From Amoebidium appalachense (lineage: Eukaryota; Protista; Ichthyosporea): a stretch of 64,000 bases of DNA. Under the pieces are notes generated by a model that worked only from the letters and a program-made list of their open reading frames with translations, was not told the origin of the DNA and did no database searches. Where the stretch lies: positions 4,950,043 to 5,014,042 of the forward strand of contig CAVNZM010000016.1 of assembly GCA_963693365.1 (NCBI GenBank), read 5' to 3'. The position numbers were made by a program, and so were the translations under genes. Shown here piece by piece: positions 1 to 28,948 of the stretch (position 1 is its first letter; each line of letters starts with the position of its first letter).

Positions 1-24
1 CGCACACACACACACACATGTACA

Positions 25-69
<45 letters not shown>

Positions 70-610
70 ACATGTACACGTACACACACATCCACACACA
101 CACGTACACGTACACGTACACGTACACGTACACGTACACACACACACACACACACGTACACGTACACGTACACGTACACACACATCCACACACACACACA
201 CACACGTACACGTACACGTACACGTACACGTACACGTACACGTACACGTACACGTACACACACATCCACACACACACACACGTACACGTACACGTACACG
301 TACACGTATACGTACACACACATCCACACACACACACACACGTACACGTACACGTACACGTACACACACATCCACACACACACGTACACACGTACACGTA
401 CACACACACACACACGTACCCGTACACGTACACACACACACATACACACACGTACACACACACGTACACGTACACGTACACGTACACACACACACACACA
501 CGTACACGTACACACACACATACACACACGTACACACACACGTACACGTACACACACACACACACACACACGTACACGTACACGTACACGTACACACACA
601 CACACACACA
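1..610. repeat. Compound (CA)n/(CACGTA)n microsatellite in an Hsp70 intron
   Basis: Directly visible; ends at the CAG acceptor at 609-611. Confidence 0.95.
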
Positions 611-611
611 G

Positions 612-13464
<12,853 letters not shown>

Positions 13465-13601
13465 CCAATCAGAGACACCGACAGGTTACCATAAAAGGCT
13501 ACCACGGCGACGTGACGTGGTGCCTTTATCTGATCCTCCCCCACTCTCTCTCCCCCTCCCCCCCCCCCCCCCCCCGAACACACACACACGTGCGCGCGCA
13601 T

Positions 13602-13648
<47 letters not shown>

Positions 13649-14772
13649 GTGCCCGCCTTCTTTCCCCCTTTCTTCTCTCTCCCGTAGTTGTAATGTTCAG
13701 CCTGTTACAGCTCCAACCGTTGTTGTTTGATTTTTTTGATAGCAAATTTAATATCATTGCCTGTTATAAAAGATGTTGCAAATGTGTTTTGTGATTAACC
13801 TCTTTGTATGGTTGAGGTGTGTGCAAGAACATTAAGTATAGATTGGCCCTTTAGTGCACATTCATCTGGGACGAACAGCACTCAGACCATATATATAAAG
13901 TATGCACACCTATAATCTAGGCCGATCTACTGTTGTCATTGTGAAAATTTCAAATGTTTCACCAGCATGAATCCTGAACGAATCAGATAGTATGAAGAAG
14001 TCGGGTTTCTTGCTTTCGCCCATGAAGACGCGCAATAGACAGGCCGGCGAAACGGGGGGGGGGGGGGGGGCTTTGCCAAGGGTTTTCATATTAAATTTAA
14101 CCCTGATCTGTTGACTGATAGCTACTTTGTGATATTGTTGGATTGTGCGTATTTCGTCGTTGATAAGAGGCGGTATCTGTTGATAGTGGGTGTTTTTTTC
14201 AAGTTTGTTCTGAGAGATGATATGAAAAATAAGGATCAGCGAATGTGATCCAAAGTATGTGCTCGTGATCTTGGCGCATACCCGTTTTTTAAGGTGTGGT
14301 GTGCGATCCGAGTTGGTTTATTTACTACGGTTTTAACTTTATACCGGTTTTAACTTTATAGGAGATGTATCAAGTGATTGGCACATTTCAGTTTTAATGA
14401 ATATTTTTATTCAATGGCCAGAGCTCCGGATTGTAAATGCCACAAGTGTGAATATTTTTTGAGAAAATCTTGTTGTGACGTGTTATACCCTCCCTAGTGC
14501 AGAAATGGGGGATCTTACATGCTGTTTTGTGACGCGAGAAATCCTATAACATATTTATGACCAATAAAAATATTAATTCTCCTGTGCCACCTTTCTTTAG
14601 TATAATCCCCCTAAAGAACAGAATAGTTACTTACACCTGAACATGTTCAGCTGCAGCATAAACTATGTTGACGGTGCACACATGTGTGTGTAGTATTATC
14701 TTGATACGTATATGTAGTGTTTTAATGCTCTTGGTGTGCATGCGAGGTGGAGGTAAGACGGGCCGGTGTCAC

Positions 14773-14812
<40 letters not shown>

Positions 14813-15376
14813 GGAGGGGAGGGGAGGTGGGGGGGGGGGGGGGGGTGGAGGGAGGGAGGGAGGAATTCGGAGGCATGCCCACACACATGCGTACGTGTGA
14901 CACACACGCACAAGATTGCATATGCACACCGAGAGAGGGTGGTTTCGAATGGTCGGTGAGGTGACATGTAAAATTGAATCAGGATTAGCGGCGGCACACA
15001 GTACATGCCAGACAAACAGACAAATGTTTTTCATCAAAATGATAAAATAAAATAAAGAAATACATAAAACATCATTTGCTAATGGTATTTACCTAGCAGA
15101 CGCAACACGAGTTTGAACCAAATACTAACCGCCAGAATCGGTGGTGACCCATTCCTGCCAGGGTTTTAAATATACTTTAACTTAAATAAAGTCAACACCT
15201 GATAACATTAACTTCACTTATGGCTGGCGGCGCCCACAGTGGCGGCTTTGTTGCAACATCACAACCATCTTGAAGCGCAAAAAGAAAAAAAAAGAAAAAA
15301 AAAACAAGAAAAAAAAAAAAAACCAATAGATATTCAAATCAAACATAAAAATCTCTTCCTCAGTTAAACTATAATA

Positions 15377-16122
15377 TCATGGGCATCGTGCGGGCGCCAG
15401 CACCACATTATCCAACAAGTTACCAAATGCAGGGTTGGGTGCTCTATTGGTGGGTGGAATGGCCTGAATTCCAAGACGCACACGATTGGTTCCCGCAGGC
15501 ACCGTCCATGTTGTGCTGTATCTTACCCACGGACCCGCAGGTGTTGTGTATTGGGCAATTGGCGTCATGTTCTCAGGTGCGCCTGTGAGTAATCAGTGCA
15601 GCTATTGTTAGTTATCATGTTTTGTCTTCTTTTTTTTTTTAAAAAAAATAATATTAGGTAGCTTTGTGATGTTCAACCATACTATAATAACAGTAATCCA
15701 AATCACATTCAAGTATACGCTTCTGAGCTGAGTACATGATGGTTAGGTTTTAATTTTTTAAAAAATAATATAAGGTAGCTTTGTGATGTTCAACCATACT
15801 ATAATAAAAGTAATCCAAATCACATCCAAGTATACGCTTCTGAGCTGAGTACATGATGGTTAGAAGCGTATACTTGATGTGATTTGGATTAAACATTTGG
15901 TCACCTCACCTCACCTCACCTCACCTCACCCCCCCCCCCCCCCCCCCCATCCCCACCAAAAAAAAAAAAAAAAGAAAGGAAGGGGAAAAAAGGCATCAGT
16001 ATTACGCGGACTCTGTAATATGCATGGTACAAAGTTTGATAGTTTATTATACTTGTGTGTAGTTAGAGCCAGGGCCGGGGCCGTGGGCGCGACGAGGTGG
16101 GGGTGGGGGGTGGGTGTTGTTG

Positions 16123-16154
<32 letters not shown>

Positions 16155-16698
16155 TCCGGGGGAGGGGGGGAGGGGGGATTGCAGTAGTGAAAACACATAC
16201 CGATCAATACGGCGATCGTGTCGTTGTTATCACGCCCCCGGTGCGACACTGAAAATTTCAGCACGTCCCCCGGAATTACGCTGATATCCTGATATATCAT
16301 GCTATATTGTTCCACCTGAAGCTCAATTAGCTGAGCTCCTTCAACCGGAGATACGTAATGGATCCCCCCCGACCAAACTTCAAATTTTCCTTCTGTGCTT
16401 CGCCAACCCGGGATTGTCAAATCATTCACGTATTTCTGTGTTGTTCCGTTCAGGGTTGGTAGCTCAAATCCCCCATTTACGAGTTTGTATGTACTGTCGG
16501 TGCACGGCGGCATGGTACCGGCACGAAGGGCTGCCGTGGTTGAAGAGTTAGTGGTGGTGGGGAAAACGGGGTTTTTGGTTCGTTTTATCGGGGTTTTAAA
16601 GTATTGGATTTTGACAACTGTTGAACGGTTTTGGCTCGCAAGTGATTGTTTAGAATTGTTATGTCAGGTATATGGTTGTTGGATTTATTGCTTGTTCA

Positions 16699-16739
<41 letters not shown>

Positions 16740-17317
16740 ATATCTTGTGTAGTCTCTTCACGCAGGCCAAAAAGTAGGCCACTTATGGGCTATCACGTTC
16801 CAGCAGAAACGCAATGGTATGCTCATGTAACTCTCACAGTAATACCCGCCACCTTTCTCCCCCTCCTCTCCTCCTCTCCTCCTCCCCCTCCCCCCCCCCC
16901 CCCCCCCCCCAACACACACCCACACACACACACACACCCACACACACACCCACACACACACACACACACACTACATTGGAACATACACCATAACACTATA
17001 CATACCTTGGCACGTGCTGCCGTCGCCCACATATCCACCATTGCATGAGCACGTATACGAATCTGCCGTGTTAAGGCAACTGGCCTGGGCATCGCACTTG
17101 TGCGTCTTCGAAAGACACTCATCACCTACACATTTTGCAGTGTTAGCATGAATGGGTGATGATATCGTCAAGGTAGGGTTCTCATTGCGTGCATTGTGTG
17201 TGAATCATTGCGTGTTGTGTGTGTGTGTGTGTGTGCGTGTGTGAATCATTGCGTGTTGTGTGTGTGCGTGTGCGTGTGTGTGCGTGTGTGAATCATTGCG
17301 TGTTGTGTGTGTGCGTG

Positions 17318-17350
<33 letters not shown>

Positions 17351-18115
17351 TTGGGGCGGGGCGGGGGGGGCAGGGGGGGGGGGGGAAGGCTTGGGAAGCG
17401 AAGATTGAAAAAGAGAAACGGGGAGGGGAGGGAGGGAGGGAAAGGAGGAAGAAGAGGGGGGAAGGGGAAGGGGGGGGGGGGGGAGGGGGAGGAAGTGGGG
17501 TGGAAATAGGCACCGAGAGAGGGGGGGGGGGGGGGGGGGGGGGGGGGAGAGCAAGAAAAGTGTACAGGATCAACGTTTATATGAAAAGAGTGTCGGGACA
17601 GGTTGGGTTAAAAGAAACACAATTAAGGAGTGTGCCTGTGTGCGCGCATGTGGGTGTGTGTGGTGTGCTGCTGGTGGTGGTTGTGGGGATGGAGTGGGGT
17701 ATGTGTGTGTGTGTGTGTGTGTGTGTGTTGGTGGTGGTGGTGGGGGGGGGGGGGGGGGGGGAGGGGGGTACCATAATAAGGGTTGAAGTTGGGTATTTCC
17801 ATAGCAATGTCTGCAGCGGGAGTAGGCTCGCCTGCAGAGAACAAAGAACTAGTCAGTCACAATCTTTGAATGCAAATCTCGCCAAGTGTGCCAAATTACT
17901 CGTATCAACTTAGTGGCATTAGTAGTTCGTGATTTGCCAGGGAGAATGTCGTATTTAGAGGGGTTTTTCCTCAACCGGCACACACTGTTGTGGTACCCAC
18001 CCAATAATAGCTGTATTCGAATAGCAAATAAATTGCAACAAGTGGTACCGGCCCAATAATAGCTGTATTCGAATAGCAAAAAAAATGAACACTAAACAAC
18101 AAGTACAGAGTTGAA

Positions 18116-18155
<40 letters not shown>

Positions 18156-19327
18156 AAAAAGGAAATTAAGGGCGTATACTCACCAAAAGTGCAGTTTGCC
18201 ATATACGGGTGCCACCACGGCTTGAGGCCCCACCCCTTAATCTCCTGAGTGGTAGCATTGTTCATCTTCCACTTCCAAGACACACGCAGAAAGTCCGTCA
18301 AATCTCTCTGAACAATCCTGCTGAATCTCTTAATATATTCGTTGTATTTCTTCTCCGACGTGTTGAACCAATCGACATTTCCCGGAATTCGCGCGTATTC
18401 CCCGTACAAAATCCGACACGCGTCCCACCCGAACCCATCCACCAACTGCATCAGATTTTCCAACCCTGTCCACGGGTCCGTAATTCCGTTCTGACAATAC
18501 ATTTTTCGAACATTTGCGCGAATATCTTTGCTCACATTTCCTTCCAGGTCGTTTCTCTCCCGCCGTTTCAACCCCAAAATCCGTTCCTCGGCGTGAAGAA
18601 TCAGGAAATTGTTTGTAGTCTCCCCCCATCCGTCGAGCGTCGTGGGGCCCCATTGATAGTTGTGGCCGACTTCGTGTTGATATCCCCAGCATGCACCCGC
18701 CGTCGGCTGCGTAGTGATGTAGAAAAGTGGGGCAACGTCCCATTCACCGTCAGGTGCCTGAGCTGGGTAGCCCGAATGCATATACCCTGAACCGATCTGA
18801 CGATCGAAAACGATCCGATCTTCGCGCGATCGCGGTACCGTCATGTTGGTGAGGTAATTGTACGCCTCGATGACTTTCGCCCAATGGTCGGCCGTCTTTG
18901 TGAGGTTGGTGTCTGTGCGGACGTGTTTTGTCGGGAAGGTGAAGACGAGGCCCTTGGTGCTGAACTCGGCCATGGGCGGGAAGTTGGTGAGGTTTTTGGC
19001 CTGTTGCTTGAACTCCTGCATGAGTGAGGTGATTTTTAGGTCATACTCCCTAGTAATCTAACTATAATTAGATAATTATGGCGACTTCTAAATCCTATTT
19101 AACAGCCTGCACACTATCCAATCCTGCGCCCGACAACTTGTATTCAGGGTTGTAACAATATAGATTTGCTTATCTAAAGTAAAAATAATTGCTTCATTTA
19201 TGCTGCCCCACCCAAACACCTCTTAACATACACATTCACACACGCTGACACGCAATCACCACTTATCTATCCACACGTGCAACCCCCTACCCATTCTCAA
19301 CCACCCACACACCTGCCTCCCTTCCCT

Positions 19328-19378
<51 letters not shown>

Positions 19379-22037
19379 ACACGACACCAACCCACCCACC
19401 TCATCATTTGTGATACCCTGTCTATACTCGAGCATCGCCACAGCCCCCTTGATCGTGACGTCACCAAACCCCTTCTGCGTATCCACCGGAATCGCAACGT
19501 AGATCGGCCCGCCATACGGCGACACAATCTGATTGGTGACATTAGGGAGCGCATACTGCCGGCTAAGCAACCCCGGGAACCTATACCAAGATTCCTTATG
19601 CCACACCTCATCAGTATATGCTCCTATACGCAACAGTACAGCTCCGACAAAATTCTGCGGAATTGTTACGGTGATAATTTCGTTGGGGGCAGCATAGAGC
19701 CCCGTCCCTCTCATAGCGGGATTACCCATTCCACCACCACCCCAACGGCTGTCGAGGGCTACATGAGACGCGTTGACGGTCACCGTACGAGATATACGCG
19801 GGATAGGCGGCGAAACTGGGCCGGGATAGTAGAGCATGCTTGGTACGGGGTGTTTGGGAATTTCGGTCACATCCATCAGGGTGATAACTAGGCTTTGGAT
19901 ACGCCAGAGACCGCCGATAACGGCGTCTGTTGCGGGTACAGGGGGAACAACGGCCCATAGAGGTGAGGCTTTGAGGGTGGTGACAAGTTCGGACATTACT
20001 GTGCGGAGCTGCGTGTTGTTTGCCCTGACATTATCTGTGGATATACGAAAAATTTCATAGTAAATATAAGTGCCGGTAGATCGCCTTTTCGAGCCGAGCA
20101 TACATATACCGACACAATGCAACTAGCATATAGTACAAAGAGGATGCAACAAGCATGTAACACATATACAAAGAGGATGCAACAAGCATATAACACATGT
20201 ACAAGCATATAACACATGTACAAAGAGGATGCAACAAGCATATAACACCGTGGCATGTACAAAGAGGATGCAACAAGCATATAACACCGTGGCATGTACA
20301 AAGAGGATGCAACAAGCATATAACACCGTGGCATGTACAAAGAGGATGCAACAAGCATATAACACATGTACAAAGAGGATGCAACAAGCATATAACACAT
20401 GTACAAAGAGGATGCAACAAGCATATAACACATGTACAAAGAGGATGCAACAAGCATGTAACATGTACAAAGAGGATGCAACAAGCATGTAACACATGTA
20501 CAGTACAAAGAGGATGCAACAAGCATGTAACACATGTACAGAGAGGATGCAACAAGCATGTAACACATGTACATAGAGGATGCAACAAGCATATAACACA
20601 TGTACAAAGAGCATAACTCACCATCGAACTCCCTCCAGGGCCGCAAAATTCGATGCAACGTCATAAACATCTCCGGAAGACCCGTATCATTTCGGAGGTT
20701 TATGTTGCCGGCGACCGCATTCCTTACGTAAGCCAGGCTGCTACCATAGGACATACTTGGTTTGAATGGACCAATAGGAGTGTCTCCCTGCGCCCCAATA
20801 TAGTCGGCGGCCCATACCAGAAGATCTTGGGCAAACACTTTGTTGGCGGCGTTTTTGTAACCACCCCCAGTGATCCAGGCTTGACCACCAGTGATCAATA
20901 GACCCCCCTGCGAGGATGGAATTTGTTAGGAAGATGGCCAACGTACCCCCTTGTAAAGGAGAAAATTCGAAAATTTTCATTATGCATTAATGGCCACGAC
21001 TACCAAGAAAGAAGACATGAGGCAGGAAATGTTCTGAAGGAGGGGGGTGGCGTGCACAGGAGCACTTGGGGTACCTGGCGGACGAAGTTACCAATGTTTT
21101 CATCCATGCCATATGAAGTAGCGACGTACACATCCACAGTGTTATTGGCTAGCCCACTCGATGCCAGGATCGTAAGGTTTGTAATTCCGACCGCTGTCTG
21201 CAATGTGCTTATAGTGGCGGCATTGTTCGGCGTGCCCACCCGTTTCATCCCCCTTGCCAGGGTCGAGATTACGTTCTTGAGGAGTCGTGGAGTCAAGAGC
21301 ATGTAGGCCTCATGGCCAAAAGCCAGCACCCACCCATTTCCGACCGGGGCTAAGGTTGCGATTGAAACTTGCTGGCTATTTATGGTAAAAACCCCCAGCG
21401 GGAGGGCGTTCGGGTGAAGGGAGGCGATTGTCGACATCGTGGGGCCCGGGGGGGGGTCACCAAAGCGGTCACATTTGCGGTGATGGCTTTGTAGAGCTCT
21501 TGGAGTTGGGACTCTGTTGTGGAATGTGGATTGGAATGTGAGGAATTTGTAAAAAAAATGGAATGTGGCGTTTGATAGCCAATAATGCGCACATTCGCTG
21601 AGGTGACATGAAGAGGAGACGGAATTATTATGTTGCGATATATGTTTTGTTTATTTGCCAAAATTGTAAACGGTGATGTATGTTTTGTTTGTTTGTCAAA
21701 ATTGTAAATGGTGTGTCTCAACTACTAGCTACTCCAACCCAAACGACGGCAGAGTTGAATCATTAATTCATAAAATGGTAAGAAAAAGCAAACAACTAAT
21801 TGTTCCTCTCCATCATGCGAACATATACTGAGGCTTAACGGGTGGGTCAAAGATGATTTGTTCTATTACTGTTCTAATAAAACGGGGGGAAGGAAAAAAA
21901 GAGAGAAATAGGAAAAGAGCAGAAGTGCCAACCGGAGCATACTTAGAAACGGCGCGACATCTACATTATTATCGCCCAAGTCCTACCAGAAACACACATT
22001 TGACCATGGTAGAAACATTCTTTGATAACCCGTGGCC

Positions 22038-22094
<57 letters not shown>

Positions 22095-22130
22095 TTCCGA
22101 TGCCTTCATCGACATGTTTTTTGTTATCAG

Positions 22131-22162
<32 letters not shown>

Positions 22163-23164
22163 CCCTGTTCTTTGCTCATCACCCCCTCTCGCCCTTCCTC
22201 TCTTTTCCCCCCCAACCTCCAAAAGTTTCCCAAAAGCCAAAACGGGCAAAGATGGATTTGTGGGTGGGAAGTCTGACCTGTGCAGGTACGTGAGCTGATG
22301 CAGATCGGGCCGTTGTTGGCTGGGTGTGTGTGTGTGTGTATCAACAGGTGTGTTGTTGTCGTTGAAACACGGAGGAGCCGAGGGAGAAGAAGTTAAATTG
22401 TGCGCAAGGTCAGTCGCCACCTCTCCATCCAACGATCAATATCGTAATTTAATCAATAGTTATAAATTTAAAAGAAGTTAAGCATCAGATATCGGAGGAA
22501 GAAGATGGGGGGAGAAGGAGTTGGAGGAAGGGAGAGGGGGTGGAGGCGTAGGGGGCAAAGGGGGAAAAGGGGAGGAGAGGAGAATTGGGGGGATTCACTT
22601 TTCATTTACGAAGGTCAATAATGTCTTCAAGAAGCCTACCAGACACAACTATTCAAACAATGTGCAACCACACTAAAAAACCACACACGCACATACACAC
22701 AACATCAGGTATGTGCGAACGTTCAGAGAACCACAGGTCACACCGTCCCACATCCACACACTAAAGTTTTAAGTAAAGAAAATTCCTAAGTCGAGCCCCC
22801 CTCCCCCCCCTCTCTCCCCTCCCGCCACATTGCTGGGTAAAGTATTAGCCCTCCCCCCATGAAATTCAGAAGTTCCCCCCTCCCCCCTCCTTCCATACTT
22901 CCTCACTGTGGTGGGGACCTGCCTCACCCCCCCCCCCCCCCCCCCCCCCCTCGCTTGCCCCCCCTCTCCCCAGCCGAACCACCCTCCTCCCATTCCCCTC
23001 CAAGCACACCAACACAAATGTATCGGCCTCCCCGCATCCTCCTCTCCATACATGAGCACAAAAACAACACCACCTTCACACACTCACATGCCGCACGCAA
23101 ATGAATTTTACATACTCCAATCCTGGACCTTTTTATCGTGGCACAGATATCCATTTCCACCTAG

Positions 23165-23213
<49 letters not shown>

Positions 23214-23401
23214 TCCCGGTTTCCACTGCAACATTAGGCAGGGAGAAGGCCTACCTGTGGAGTTCAAGTTCCGGTAAACAGAGTTGCGGTAAGACCCACC
23301 AGCCTTCTGGGTCAGGTTTCCCGGGGCTGGCACGAAGCAGTCGCCCTCTGGGGCCTTTCCGTAGGATCCAAACGTTCGGCTGCAATAGCAGTCATAGCCC
23401 A

Positions 23402-23447
<46 letters not shown>

Positions 23448-23714
23448 ATGCGTGTGGGCAGGTGTCTGTCCCTGTCAATCTGGGTGATACCATGTAAGTG
23501 TAGATCTGCTTTATCAGTCACTTGTCTGCCTTTGGGGTTGGGAAGGGACTTAGAAACGGGCGGTGGGGAAGGGACCCCGCGGGCTGATCATTTGTATGTT
23601 TGTGTCATCACTAGCCGGGTCGTAGTGACTATAAAAACTGGCATTAAGGGTCGATTGGGGGCGGAGGGGCCGGGGGGGAAGGGGGGGGGGGGGGGGGGGG
23701 GGGGGGGGAGACAG

Positions 23715-23785
<71 letters not shown>

Positions 23786-26700
23786 AAGGGGGGATGGGAG
23801 GGGGGAAACTGAATTTCAAAGTTCCCCCCCCCCCCCCCCCCCCCCCATAACAAAAATCAGATTTATGAGTTGTAACTTTGTGATGCGTGTACTGGTACTC
23901 AAGTCTCTTCGGGAATGTACATGCCCAAGGGGAAAAGGAAGGAAAGAGTACCACACACACAGCTCTAGTCTGCCGGGAAAAAATCGGTGGGGCCGCGCCC
24001 GCGGGGAGGGGGGGGGGGGGGGGGGGGGGGGAGGGATGCTCACATTGAGGCTAAAGAAAATATAGTCCTTGCAAAGGACTGAGCACATTTCCATTGTTAA
24101 AACGTTCCTGATGTTGGCTGGAACTGGGGATGGATCAATGCCCAAATCACGGATTGAAGCATCATAATAACAGCCGAGATATTCAATTGCAGTCCCAGCA
24201 GTTGCTGTGATAGTTGCTGTGATAGTAGGAATTCGGTCAATATTCTATGAGTAAACATGACAAATCATTCATTTCATCTTACACATGGTGCAGGGCACAA
24301 CAGTCGAATCAGGCTGCCACACGGCCAAACTTTATAATTAAAAATATTACAAACTCAATAATTAGTAGATCCGGTCGGCGATGAGAATGATACTCTCATC
24401 CATCACAATTTGCATACACAACCATACGATACACAAGCACACAAAACTGGCACCGGTTTATTGTGTTCAGGCACAGGCAAAGGCACAAAGGCACAGGCAG
24501 ACAAAAAAATGCTCCCCGCTTCGGAAGTGGCACTGTCAACACACACCGTTGGCAAAAATAACCGTCACACCATTATGATTATGATGATGATGATGGCACG
24601 CACCGCCACACACACACACACACACACACACCCGCACCCGCACACGCACCCCCCCCACCCACCCACCCAACCACACACAACCACACAGAGCACCCACCGT
24701 TACATCCACTTACAACTGCGCCACTAAGTCTTCCTTTTGCTTCATCACCTTTGCATCTACAGAAAGACATGAGTGTTACTTACTTGCCATCAGGGTAGGC
24801 TCGTCAGGGTAAACCGCAAAAACGTCATTTGCCCAATCGCCACCGCACGTACGACCAGAGCACCCATAATTGCAGGTTCCCGACCCATATTTTCCAAAGA
24901 AATTCCCACACCAGCACTCTCCCCACTGCAAGCCGAAAAACTTGAATCCGGCCGCTTTGCACTGACTTGAGCACGTGTTTCGATTTGTCGTGTGAATCGC
25001 TAAGTGTGGGAGATCACGGGCGGCTCCGGAGTCTTTGTAGCACCCCAGGTGTGTGGCTGCAAAGGCAAACCAAAAAAAGAGGGAAATAAAAGAAATAAAA
25101 AAATAATAAGCGTTCTGCCACCAAGGCGAAGTCCGGTTAGGAGAGGGGAAGGGAGGGGAGGGGGGGGGGGGGGGGATGAGGCATGATAAAGGGTTTATAG
25201 TGAGAGTTAAGGTGCACCCGCTAGTAACAGTCACTGCGCAGTACCAGTCACCTGATGCTGGTTTCCACTGCTCCCAATACTCCCACCCCGGAACCGCCTG
25301 GACCCGTCCTCGAAATGGTTGAAACAAAAACTAGATGTCACCTGTAACATTACCACAGCTACAGGGGTAGGCTATGTTTAAGATTTTCCGAATTTACGAT
25401 TCTAGCGCTGGAAATTAATATTCTAGTGGGCTAGCCCTAGAACATATATGAACTTATGATCTTAAGTTTCCTTTTCCTAGGTCTGGAAATAAGATTCCAG
25501 CTGGCTAGAGCCCAAATTCACATCTGAATTCGCGGGTAGGCCGCAGTTTAAGATTTTCCGAATATAAGATTCTAGAGCTAGAAGTTTTAGAAAATTAAGA
25601 CTTTAGAGGGCTAGCCCCAGAACATATGAGAAAATTATCACCGATTTTTCCTTTTCCTAGAGTGAGCTACACTTATAGGGGGGTCTGGAAATAAGATCCT
25701 AGCTGGCTCATAGTATTAGAGCCAAAATTCACATCATCTGAATTCGGCTTACCCCTGTATCAAATAATGCCGCCATGCGGCCGCTCAGTGACCACCTGAG
25801 TAGGCCAAATCTCTAGAAGGACAAACTTGTGTGTCACAGTGTTCTAATAGTATAAGGGCAAAGGGAAACAATGTGATGCATGCACTGCTACCCAGGAATC
25901 TATGGGTTCAGAAGGCCAAAAGCAATGAATCCTTTTTTTTTTTTTAAAAAAATTTTTTGATTCAAAATACGAAAAAACACATGAAACACGGAAACACCTA
26001 CATCCATAGTGACGGTAGACAGAGTTGCGTTTTGTTCCTCCTCCCGGCTGGCTGCTATTTCCGGCCGCGGTTTTGTTGCATTCGCCTAGGGCAGCCGAGC
26101 CGTAGGCACCATATGCATTGCCACAGTAGCAATTGCTGGCGGCCTGCGGGTTGGGGCATAGATAAATAGTTGCAACCACAGCATACACATAGCATACACA
26201 CGCACGCAAGCTAAACACACGCACACATGTGCACACACACTCCTGCATCCCCCGTCCTTTCCTTCCACACAAGAGCATCTACTCACGAGGTTCCATCATT
26301 TCTTCCTTGAACCGTGGCACCTTTTTCGCAAAGGCAGGACCGACAACGTAGGAGCTGGTGGGGAAAATCAATGGAAGTGTGCGCGTGCGCATACGTGTGT
26401 GTGTAGGGGGGGACTTGACAAGGGACTTCAGTATACTACTAATGATTCGCCGGTATGCCAATGTACTCCCTTACGCTATATCAGCATGAAAAAACTAAAA
26501 ACAAAAATGCGCCCAGGCGCTATTCTGCCACACCACAGAAGGACACAACAATTGACTCAGTCACGACATGTCAGTTGAACCGTACCTGGATTGCAAAGAA
26601 AGTGTAGTTGCGGCATGCGATGGAGCATGTCTGTGCCGTCAACGTGTTGTCGTTGTTGATCGCCAAAACGGGCAGGTCCTCGGTGGTGCCGTTGGCAGCC

Positions 26701-28280
26701 ACCCAACAGCCCAGCTGATAAGGCTCTGTGTGCCCGGTCATATTTTAATAATTTATCGACTTTGATATGGCAAAAACAAAAACATGAGAAATCTATGCCC
26801 AAAATGATCGGTCCGGGGAAGGGGGGAGGGGGGGGGGGGGGGGGAGGGGAGGGGGGGGGGGAAAGGGGATTAGGAGGGGAATGGGGGGAGGGGGGAGAGC
26901 ATACCTTCTGGTGGAGTCGGCGACTGTGACACCGCTGTAGTGGCTGCAACTGAAAATCTTCAGTTAGTTGTGAACTCTAAACTCTATGATTCACCCTATT
27001 TTGTTGCTACCTGCCACCCCCCTCCCCCCTCCCCCCTCCCCCCCTCCCCCCTCCCCTCCTCCCCCTCCTCCCCGTCCCCCCGTCCCCCCCCCCCCCCCCC
27101 CCCCCTCCGGTCGCCCTTAATCATACCACCTAACTAACCCCCTTCCCTTCTCCCCTTTAGCCCCCATCAATCTCTTTTTTCGAACGTGGCCAGGAAAAGG
27201 GGGGAGGGGAGGTGGGGGTGTGGGGGGAGGGAGTGATGCAGGGGTGGGGGGTGGAGGGTGGTGGATGGGGTGACGTGCCGGGGAGGGAGAGGGGAGGGGG
27301 GAGGGAGAGGGGGGGGGGGGGGGGGGGGGAGCAGGCACCTGTCGTAGTAGATGGCTGTGTAACCCCCGTAGTTTGTGACCGTGACACCGCTGTAGTGGCT
27401 GTAGCTAAAATTTTCCAGTAAGTTGTGAGCTCAACTCTTTTGAATGCATTAATTTGTTTCCAACCTCCCCCCCCCCCCCCCTCCTCCCAACCCCCCCTCT
27501 AACCCTCCCCCCCCCCCTCCCCCCCAACCCGGCACCCGAACCACATTATACCCCTCCCCTCCCTCCCCCCCTCCCCCCCCCCCCCCCCCCCCCCCCCCCT
27601 CCCCCCTCCATTTTCCTCCATCAGTCTCTCTCTTTAAACGTGACCAGGAAAGGCGTGGGGATGGGGGGGCGGTAACACAGAGGTGGTGGGTGGTGGGTGG
27701 GGTGACGGTGCGGGTGGTGGGGGAGGGGGGGAGACCGGGGGGAGAAAGAGAGGAGGGGGGGGGGGGGGGGGGGGAGGAGAGGGGGTGACGGGGGGGGGGG
27801 GGAGGGGGGGAGGGCACCTGTCGTAGTAGATGGCTGTGTAACCCCCGTAGTTTGTGACCGTGACACCGCTGTAGTGGCTGCAGATGTAAAATATTAGGAC
27901 TCAATCATTTTCACCCTATATTTCCCCCCCATCTCTCTTGTCCCAACACCCATGGAAACGGGGTATTCATATCCGTTTTCTTCCCCCCTTTTTTTTTCTT
28001 CCTTTTTTTTTGTTTTGTTTTCCCTACCAAATTGAGGAGTATTTTTCGCAGAATGTATTGCAGAGTTGCGCAAAAACGAATCGAAGCAAATAGGAAAAGG
28101 TGGTGTGGGCTCAGACGTCAAGAGCGAACACAGATGTCAAAGTTAATTAGTCGTAATGCCGACATTATAGAAAGGTGATACCAAAAATTATGGGGAAGAG
28201 GTTTCGGGGAAGATATTTTGAGGGTAAAGGAGGGGTGGGGTGGGTGTGGGGGTGGGGGGGGGGGTTTCGGGTGGGAGGTG

Positions 28281-28312
<32 letters not shown>

Positions 28313-28917
28313 ATAACCACCTGGTGTAGTCGTTGGCTTTGACACCACCGTAGTAGTGGCTGCAGATGTGAAATATTTCTATGTGTCAGTTATGAACTCA
28401 ACACAGGTAACACAGAGGTGGTGGGTGGTGGGTGGGGTGACGCCGCGGGTGGTTGGGGAGGGGGGGAGGGGGGGGGGGGGGGAGACCGGGGGGGAGAGAG
28501 AGAGGAAGGGGGGGGGGGGGGGAGGAAGGGGGGTGACCGGGGGGTGGGGAGGGCACCTGTCGTAGTAGATGGCTGTGTAACCCCCGTAGTTTGTGACCGT
28601 GACACCGCTGTAGTGGCTGCAGATGTAAAATATTAGGACTCAATCATTTTCACCCTATATTTCCCCCCCATCTCTCTTGTCCCAACACCCATGGAAACGG
28701 GGTATTCATATCCGTTTTCTTCCCCCCTTTTTTTTTCTTCCTTTTTTTTTGTTTTGTTTTCCCTACCAAATTGAGGAGTATTTTTCGCAGAATGTATTGC
28801 AGAGTTGCGCAAAAACGAATCGAAGCAAATAGGAAAAGGTGGTGTGGGGTATTTAGAGGGTAAAGGAGGGGTGGGGTGGGTGTGGGGGTGTGGGGTTCGG
28901 GTGGGAGGTGGGAGGTG

Positions 28918-28948
<31 letters not shown>

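Noticed and set aside
21445-21460. Frameshift in the M60 gene suggesting a pseudogene or programmed frameshift
   Set aside because: It falls in a 9-nt G/C homopolymer and one extra base restores the frame; most likely a sequencing error.
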